Source: a virus
Taxonomy: Duplodnaviria; Caudoviricetes
Direction: 5' to 3' (one strand)
IMG/VR virus record: IMGVR_UViG_3300047160_014545
Span: 17,625-81,624 of that record
Length of the DNA: 64,000 bases
The stretch's first letter is position 1. Each line of letters begins with the position of its first letter. Below, piece by piece: positions 62,424 through 64,000 of the stretch. A program made the position numbers and the translations under genes. The notes beneath the pieces were generated by a model, which worked only from the letters and a program-made list of their open reading frames with translations, ran no database searches and was not told the origin of the DNA.

Positions 62424-63319
62424 TGACCCCTGCAGCACAACCGCAACCCCAGGGCATCGGCGACAACCGACCACCACTTGCCGACCAACTCGATATGGAG
62501 CTAGAGGAATACCGCGCGGCGGTTGACGCGCATATCGGCTCGGCGAATCAGAGCTCGATCACCGATCATGCCTCAGCTGAGGCGGTCCGCTTGCTCGCCG
62601 GCAAAATCTCCGCGCTGGATAAAACCATCGCCGCCAACCTCGAATTACGGGTGCGGCCGCATCAGGACAATGTCGACATCATTCGGCGCAAATTCAACGC
62701 ATTGCTGACGCCGCTCGGCACCGCCTACAAATCGCTGCGCGACATGATGATCGTCTATGTCAGGCAACAAGACGCGGAGGCGGCGCGGAAGCGAGCTGCG
62801 GCGGAGGCAGAGGCGCGACGAATCGCGGAGGAGGCGCGCAAGGCGCAGGAGGCGGCGGCAAAGGCTCAAGAGGAAGCGCGCAAGGCGCAGGAAGAAGCGT
62901 CCCGGCTCGTCGGTCAGGATGGCGAACGGCTGCCGCTGTTGGGTATTGTTCAGAAACCGAACAATACAGGCGCAAACCTGCTGGCCTTGCAAAAGGAAGC
63001 AACAAGCGCAAACCTGCTGGCCTTGCAAAAGGAGGAGGAAGCCGCAGCGGCAGCGTTGCGAGCGGCGGCAATCAGACCGGAGCCGATCAGAACTGCGCTT
63101 GGCTCAGCCAGTACCCGGCGCGACATAAAATTCGAAATCGAGAATTTAACTCAGGCACTCGCCTGGTTGCGCGCGCATCACAGAACCGCCATCACGGAGG
63201 TCGCCAACGGTATCATCAATCGGCATTTGCGCAGCCTTGGCGTCGATGCCGTCGAGCGCGGAGGCGTTTCTATCCCCGGTGTCAAGGCGTGGGTCGAAAA
63301 GGGAGTGCTGATGCGATGA
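62420..63319 (+). CDS. Coiled-coil recombination-module protein
   Basis: GIGDNRPP N-terminus; C-terminal GGVSIPGVKAWVE. Confidence 0.6.
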   Translation: MMTPAAQPQPQGIGDNRPPLADQLDMELEEYRAAVDAHIGSANQSSITDHASAEAVRLLAGKISALDKTIAANLELRVRPHQDNVDIIRRKFNALLTPLGTAYKSLRDMMIVYVRQQDAEAARKRAAAEAEARRIAEEARKAQEAAAKAQEEARKAQEEASRLVGQDGERLPLLGIVQKPNNTGANLLALQKEATSANLLALQKEEEAAAAALRAAAIRPEPIRTALGSASTRRDIKFEIENLTQALAWLRAHHRTAITEVANGIINRHLRSLGVDAVERGGVSIPGVKAWVEKGVLMR

Positions 63320-63507
63320 CGAAAACTATAATAATAACGATGCCCGCAGACGAAGCTTCGCGCCTTCTTTATGAATTGGGTTGTGTAAAAGGATTTATGG
63401 CTGCCCAATATATAAATTCAGAAAGGCAAATGTTATTGCCTGATGTCAAAAATTTTACAGAATGTTTGCGAAAAAAACTAATCGGCGAGGATATGCATCA
63501 TGAATGA
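63316..63507 (+). CDS. Hypothetical protein
   Basis: ATGA-coupled, AT-rich. Confidence 0.4.
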   Translation: MTKTIIITMPADEASRLLYELGCVKGFMAAQYINSERQMLLPDVKNFTECLRKKLIGEDMHHE

Positions 63508-63873
63508 CATCGTCGCGCTGGTCGGGATATTATTGGTGGTGATAGCGGTTATTCCTATCGCTAGATGGCTGATCGGAAATTCGCCGGATCCCGGCGCTGG
63601 CGTGCCGATAATAGGCCCGGTCGCTGGATGGTTGGGCGGGCGATCAGATATCCCGACCGCGCATCACTGAAGGCCCGTCATGATATAACCATCGCATGGA
63701 TCTGGATTGCACTCGAGGCGGTGAGCAGCGCTGGAACACCTCTACTGCGTTCACAAGGGTGGCTTCGTAAAGAGCGCTGGCAACTGTGCAATTGACGCCG
63801 TCATCCAGGCACTTTTAACAGTGTGGATCTACTTAGCCATAATTTCGGCGTGTAAACCCTAGGAGTAGTCCCT

Positions 63874-64000
63874 ATGTCTGACGACAAAGCAGAAGCAAAC
63901 ACTCTGCCGGCAACCTCGGGCGAGACGGGCGATTTAACCCAACTCGGCGGCCCAGACTTGCCGTTTTCGCTGCGCATCATGCTCGATGACAAGCTCTATG
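63874..64000 (+). CDS. Partial gene running off the right edge (possibly a recombinase)
   Basis: ATG 63874 behind AGGAG; MSDDKAEANTLPATSGE...LRIMLDDKLY. Confidence 0.5.
   Translation, partial: MSDDKAEANTLPATSGETGDLTQLGGPDLPFSLRIMLDDKLY

Noticed and set aside
1-64000. tRNA, rRNA, integrase or att sites
   Set aside because: None recognised by eye. The window is partial, so lifestyle (temperate or lytic) cannot be called.

Overview
The whole window is one segment of a GC-rich tailed dsDNA phage (Caudoviricetes), probably of a soil alphaproteobacterium (inferred from gene content). No host housekeeping genes, integrase, tRNA, rRNA or classical CRISPR array are visible. From ~22.7 kb leftwards on the minus strand lies a packaging and head module: TerS, TerL, DUF1073 portal, MuF, DUF2213 protease, scaffold, decoration protein, DUF2184 major capsid and DUF4054/neck proteins. 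It is interleaved with collagen-like fibres, a GH25 endolysin, a zincin peptidase and an internally deleted DNA methyltransferase. From 23 to 46 kb are mostly leftward accessory genes, including a short peptide plus DUF6065, a GNAT-ParB-ParB-PAPS-reductase (IbrAB-like) cluster, a kinase/ADP-ribosyltransferase fusion, SSB, a ParB-methyltransferase with a PD-(D/E)xK neighbour, and a ~600-nt hairpin-rich non-coding region. From 46.7 to 64 kb are replication and recombination genes (primase, AAA_25 helicase, RuvC-like resolvase, ligase), a TadE-like pseudopilin and a 2OG-Fe(II) oxygenase. The standout is 49.2-51.4 kb: a RAMP/Cas7-like gene and a partner gene flanked by arrays of GG(C/T/A)-NN pentamers, cut into 39-59-nt units by GGCAGGC. 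This matches my recollection of the recently reported VIPR RNA-guided systems, which should be verified. Reading the variable dinucleotides of unit 49748-49801 with every third target base skipped gives TCn TGn GTn CTn CAn GAn TTn AGn CGn ACn, compatible with S-W-V-L-H-D-L-R-R-T, the tyrosine-integrase HDLRRT motif. That suggests a wobble-insensitive guide against integrases of competing elements. All family calls come from motif recognition by eye, not database searches.
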